Shown here: positions 60,038 through 64,000 of the stretch, in pieces
Position numbering within the stretch: position 1 is the first letter of the stretch
How the letters are laid out: each line of letters opens with the position of its first letter
Assembly: GCA_016841445.1 (NCBI GenBank)
Contig: JAENZD010000003.1
Location: 31,212 to 95,211, forward strand
Source of the DNA: Anaerolineaceae bacterium
GTDB taxonomy: Bacteria; Chloroflexota; Anaerolineae; Anaerolineales; Anaerolineaceae
Reading direction: 5' to 3'
DNA: 64,000 bases
Translations under genes and position numbers: made by a program
Notes under the pieces: generated by a model
The model's input: the letters and a program-made list of their open reading frames with translations, nothing else
Databases searched by the model: none
What the model was told of the DNA's origin: nothing

Positions 60038-61303
60038 ATGAAAATCAAAATGCTTCTAATTGTTTTTTTAATTCTTTTCATTGTTGCCTGTAGTCCATCA
60101 GAAGAATCAATACAGAAGGCAATTGAGCAAACTCAAATAGCTCAAGTCTCAAATTTTACACCTTCTGTAACTGCCACAATTGAACCATCAAAGACAATAA
60201 CCCCCACTTCTACCAACACATTTATACCAACAAACACGCCGTTACCTACTAGTACACCTACTCCTCTTAGTACAGCTATGTTTCATGGTAATCCACAACA
60301 TTCGGGGGAATATTCAGGAAGTTTGATTGATGAATTACCAGATATATTATGGGAGTATAAGTCTGTTTTCGGTATATTCTCCTCTCCAGCAGTGGTAGAT
60401 GGCGTCGTGTACTTCGGTGATTTGTTGGGTAATTTTATTGCTGTAGATGCTAATAATGGGCGTGAACTTTGGAACTTTATGGCTCGAGATAGTATTGTTT
60501 CTTCACCATCAGTAGTTGATGAAGTTGTATATTTTGGTAGTTATGATAGCTATTTTTATGCGTTAGATGCAATAACAGGAAAAGAAAAATGGGAATACAG
60601 AACCCAAGATATGATATTTTCCTCACCTTCAGTAGTAAATGGCATTGTGTATTTTAGTAGTTTCGATGGTTATTTATATGCCTTAAATGCAAAAACCGGA
60701 GGATTGTCTTGGAAGTTTGACACGCAAGGAATGAATTTTTCCTCTCCAGCAGTATCTGACGGAGTAGTATATATTGGTAGCTCTGAAGGTCTTTTATTCG
60801 CAATTAAAGCCGATAATGGGCAGGAAATTTGGCAATTTGAACTTCAAGATGGAACTGGGTCATCTCCAACAGTGATTGATAATGTTATATATCTTGGTGA
60901 TTTTGAAGGTTATTTTTATGCTGTCAATGCAAATACAGGTGATGAAATCTGGAGGTTTAAAACCCAGTATAGTATAGAGTCATCACCAGCTGTGGCTGGC
61001 GGAGTTGTATTTATCAGTAGCTGTGATAGTTATTTATATGCTGTGGATATTATAACTGGGCAGGAGATTTGGAAATTTAAAACACAGGATATGATTCATT
61101 CTTCACCAATTGTGGTTAACGATATTGTGATTTTTGGCAGCAGTGATGATTATCTTTATGCATTGGATGCAACCACAGGTCAAGTGCTTTGGAAATTCTT
61201 AACGCAAGGTGATATAACCTCGTCACCAGTAGTCGTGGAAGATGTTATATATTTTGGTAGTTTTGATAGCTATTTATACGCTTTGAAAACAAAAACAAAT
61301 TAA
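60038..61303 (+). CDS. Lipoprotein with 8-bladed PQQ-like beta-propeller
   Basis: Lipobox IVAC, T/P linker, eight 40-aa repeats SSPxVxxxxVYxG...YAxxAxxGxxxW. Confidence 0.92.
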   Translation: MKIKMLLIVFLILFIVACSPSEESIQKAIEQTQIAQVSNFTPSVTATIEPSKTITPTSTNTFIPTNTPLPTSTPTPLSTAMFHGNPQHSGEYSGSLIDELPDILWEYKSVFGIFSSPAVVDGVVYFGDLLGNFIAVDANNGRELWNFMARDSIVSSPSVVDEVVYFGSYDSYFYALDAITGKEKWEYRTQDMIFSSPSVVNGIVYFSSFDGYLYALNAKTGGLSWKFDTQGMNFSSPAVSDGVVYIGSSEGLLFAIKADNGQEIWQFELQDGTGSSPTVIDNVIYLGDFEGYFYAVNANTGDEIWRFKTQYSIESSPAVAGGVVFISSCDSYLYAVDIITGQEIWKFKTQDMIHSSPIVVNDIVIFGSSDDYLYALDATTGQVLWKFLTQGDITSSPVVVEDVIYFGSFDSYLYALKTKTN

Positions 61304-61375
61304 TACATATAAGATAAATAAGGCTCTTATTATTTCTCAAAGTTTTGCTGTCCCAACCTTTAACAATTCTTTCAG

Positions 61376-62014
61376 CTAATAACCAGCCTCCTCAAGTTTA
61401 AGATATTGTTTTTGCGCATAAGCTTCTGCAATAACCACATATTCTCTTGCAACATAAATTATTGGAATGTATAAACCAATATTCACATATATCTGTGATT
61501 GACAAAAATCTAACCAAATGACATTGTTTTCTATGCCTTCATAAATAAATGTATTTGAAGGGAGCTCAATATTACCAGTGGAAATTAATTCATAACTAGC
61601 GTTTGTGGATTTTTCATAATTAAGTTTTAAAAGGCAATTTCCATTTGTGTCGTATTCCATTAATAAGAGAGATAAATTAGGATATAACGGTTCTCCCCAA
61701 AACCAACCTGTAAAAATATCAACAACATTCTTAACATCGTTTACATTTAAATCCACTTCTGTTTTTTCAGATTTGAAGGCATCTGGGATAATGGTATCTA
61801 TATCGTCTAAAGAGATTACTAAATCGCGCAATGGTATTTTGGGCGTTGGGGTTATCGTCGATGTACTTGTTGCACTAGGGTTTGGAGAAGCATATGTTTG
61901 TTTTGCTATTTCTGTTTGAAATAATGCAAATTGAATATCTTCTTCAGTTGGTTTACATGCTGACAAAGAAAATATGGTCAACAAAAGAATCATTAAATAA
62001 AAGCTGTTTTTCAT
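61376..62014 (-). CDS. Hypothetical lipoprotein
   Basis: Lipobox LSAC, EDIQFALFQT helix, T/P linker. Confidence 0.8.
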   Translation of the reverse strand: MKNSFYLMILLLTIFSLSACKPTEEDIQFALFQTEIAKQTYASPNPSATSTSTITPTPKIPLRDLVISLDDIDTIIPDAFKSEKTEVDLNVNDVKNVVDIFTGWFWGEPLYPNLSLLLMEYDTNGNCLLKLNYEKSTNASYELISTGNIELPSNTFIYEGIENNVIWLDFCQSQIYVNIGLYIPIIYVAREYVVIAEAYAQKQYLKLEEAGY

Positions 62015-62154
62015 TTGAATATTTCCTTATATTATTTATATCCATTTTATTATTAGTGATAAAAAGATAAGTAATCGATGACATTGAAAAGTTACATTTC
62101 CTATTAACTTCTCGGAAGGTTTTCTAAATGTTACCATTTTACATATTCGGTTGG

Positions 62155-62700
62155 TTACAATGGTTTTGTGTACCAAGCATCTTTTATAACGGTTGCATAT
62201 ACAATGTTTCCATAGATATTCACACCACATTGCATACCGTAAACGACACCATATACTGTGATTTAATCATCATAAATTCCTAAAGAAGGTTCTCTTAACT
62301 TAACATATAAATCGTCATAAGTCCCAGCAATCATAATTTATAAATGGTCGTTATGAATTGAGAAAATCCTGCCCCTAAGAACTACCTTTTCTCCCGTATG
62401 ATTGTCCGGATATGTAGATAATTCTATCCAATAAATCTCTTCATACGAAGCAATTTCTGTAGCTGTGGTATTTCGGGATTCTGCAGTTTTTGTTAGCATT
62501 TCCGCATTCTTAGCCACGACTCATTAATTGCATTTTGTGTTTGTGTTGGAAGGGGCAATGGTATATGTGCTTGTTTGACTCTCTTGAGCAAAGTCAGTCT
62601 TGGCTATTGCTGTTTGAACAGCTGACAATTTAGGATTGGGAGTACAAGCTTGTAAAATTATTAAAATACCAATCAAGAATATAAATATATTTTCACTCAT
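62155..62700 (-). pseudogene. Decayed lipoprotein gene (possible OB-fold C-domain)
   Basis: GAGG SD, MSENIFIFLIGILIILQAC lipobox, VQTAIAKT; stops in the start frame at codons 59, 60, 121 and 146; C-part YPDNHTGEKVVLRGRI...ITVYG. Confidence 0.8.
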
Positions 62701-62737
62701 TTAAACACCTCTCAATCCTTACTTTAATCAAAAAAAA

Positions 62738-62839
62738 TCAAGCCTCCTCCATCCCCACAAACCAGTAATCTCCAGCGTAGTTGCCTGACCCATAAAAGGT
62801 GGTCATGAAATGTTCAAGCAAAGTATCATCTAGTTTCAT
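62738..62839 (-). pseudogene. 33-codon N-terminal gene remnant
   Basis: MKLDDTLLEHFMTTFYGSGNYAGDYWFVGMEEA then TGA before a poly-T run; family assignment from recollection only. Confidence 0.4.
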
Positions 62840-63109
62840 GCGTTTATTCGAATTTCACTAAGGAAGAATGTACATTGTGTTGATATGTGTAATCCCTTCA
62901 ACTATTTTACTTTGGTATTTTCCTGAAATTTCCCTTGGAATAGTTGAAAGTGAGTTTATTTATCATAATACCCCCGTGAAAATGATTAATAAGAGGGGGA
63001 TAGATATGATTCGTGTAGATTTTACCTTTTCCCTACCGCAGAATAACAAAATGCAACAAAATTGGCATACTCCACTGGTGGAGTTAGTATTATTGATTTA
63101 TCATCCCTA

Positions 63110-63838
63110 TTACGGAAAAAGTTCAAACCATATTCCATCATCTAATTCAGGATGAAAAGAAAAGTTCAAACCATATCCTAATAATGGATTAGAGTCATCA
63201 GTAAAAACTCTAGAAACTATCCATCCTTCTCCCGATGTTCCAGGTGTGCCAATGGATAATTCTAGCGTGTCATAACCTAAATTTTCAGTGCAACATGGCC
63301 TATACAAAACTGCATCACCAGATATTAATCCAAACAATTGACCTTTTGAGTAGACCACAAAATCCCTATAACTTATATTAAGTAGACTTCCTTCATGAAA
63401 ATTTATTCTTACTTTGATAAAGATATAGGAAATTCCATCCCCTGGAGATTTACTATATTTATTTGCTGCTGCAATTATAAAATTTGCTTCTTCTCCGCGA
63501 ATTATATCTAATATCTCCAAAGAAAAACAAGAATTTCCATGACAAACTCCCCCAAAATCACTGCGTTTATAAGGATTATTTACCCTCCCTAATATATCGC
63601 TTCGATTTAACGTAATTGTAGCTGTAGGAAATTTTGGGGTTTCCGGTGTACTTGTACTTCTGGTTATCTCTTGAGTTTGTGTTAATTCCGCAACAAACGT
63701 TGATACAATACTAGTTTCCTTTAATGTGTCTGCAACAGCAGTTTGGAGTTGGCTTTCAGATATTGTTCCTTCTTGGTTACACGCAGTAATTATTATGAAA
63801 AATAGAAAAATCACAAAAATTAATAATATTTTCCTCAT
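63110..63838 (-). CDS. Hypothetical lipoprotein, possible DUF4352-like Ig fold
   Basis: Lipobox ITAC, QLQTAVADT helix, T/P linker, beta-rich C-domain; GGAGG before ATG 63838. Confidence 0.75.
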   Translation of the reverse strand: MRKILLIFVIFLFFIIITACNQEGTISESQLQTAVADTLKETSIVSTFVAELTQTQEITRSTSTPETPKFPTATITLNRSDILGRVNNPYKRSDFGGVCHGNSCFSLEILDIIRGEEANFIIAAANKYSKSPGDGISYIFIKVRINFHEGSLLNISYRDFVVYSKGQLFGLISGDAVLYRPCCTENLGYDTLELSIGTPGTSGEGWIVSRVFTDDSNPLLGYGLNFSFHPELDDGIWFELFP

Positions 63839-64000
63839 AAGCCCCTCCAATGTATTCCTATCTTTACTAATTTATTATCGTTATACTTTGGCCTAAATAT
63901 TAATCGTTAATCCTGTTGTGAAAACATTTTAATCTTATTTTTTCATTATATGAATTTAATCTAGTTATATCAATAGTAGAAACGGCCAATTCTGAACTTG

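Larger units (their letters stand above)
58584..64000. mobile_element. Left end of an AT-rich integrative element/genomic island (continues past the window)
   Basis: Truncated tRNA, then integrase, then visibly AT-rich DNA with lipoprotein genes and pseudogenes. Confidence 0.8.

Noticed and set aside
62155-62700. Stop-codon reassignment or selenocysteine in the island
   Set aside because: Both TAA and TGA interrupt the frame, and intact neighbours (60038-61303, 61376-62014) end at TAA

Overview
Bacterial chromosome segment, most likely an Anaerolineae (Chloroflexota) genome; this is inferred from gene content, frequent TTG starts and Thr/Pro-rich lipoproteins, not from a database search. About 1-58.4 kb is mostly housekeeping: uvrB (partial), dtd, rnd, a beta-CASP nuclease, three tRNA-Ser genes, a PP2C/FHA membrane cluster, guaA with two xpt paralogs and a HIT gene, folD, udk, M20/M24/three M42 peptidases, cysK-cysE, rny, recX, rnz, maf, two class-B PBPs, rsgA and an enlarged Opp-type ABC operon. 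From about 58.55 kb to the window end is an AT-rich integrative element with a tyrosine integrase and lipoprotein cargo, partly decayed. Two unannotated signals stand out. (1) A 12-codon Cys-containing leader ORF (MIFKCLCLRRGR) lies between a TTGACA-16-TATAAT promoter and alternative RNA hairpins upstream of cysK-cysE, suggesting ribosome-mediated cysteine attenuation. (2) The 5' half of a tRNA-Gln(TTG) gene, cut just after the anticodon loop, sits directly before the integrase, the reverse of the usual tRNA-restoring geometry. Other observations: a degenerate FHA and a degenerate zincin next to a PP2C, a four-repeat insertion in OppC, several palindromic repeat families, candidate leaderless genes and several pseudogenes. 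No CRISPR array or rRNA was seen. Product calls come from motif recognition by eye.
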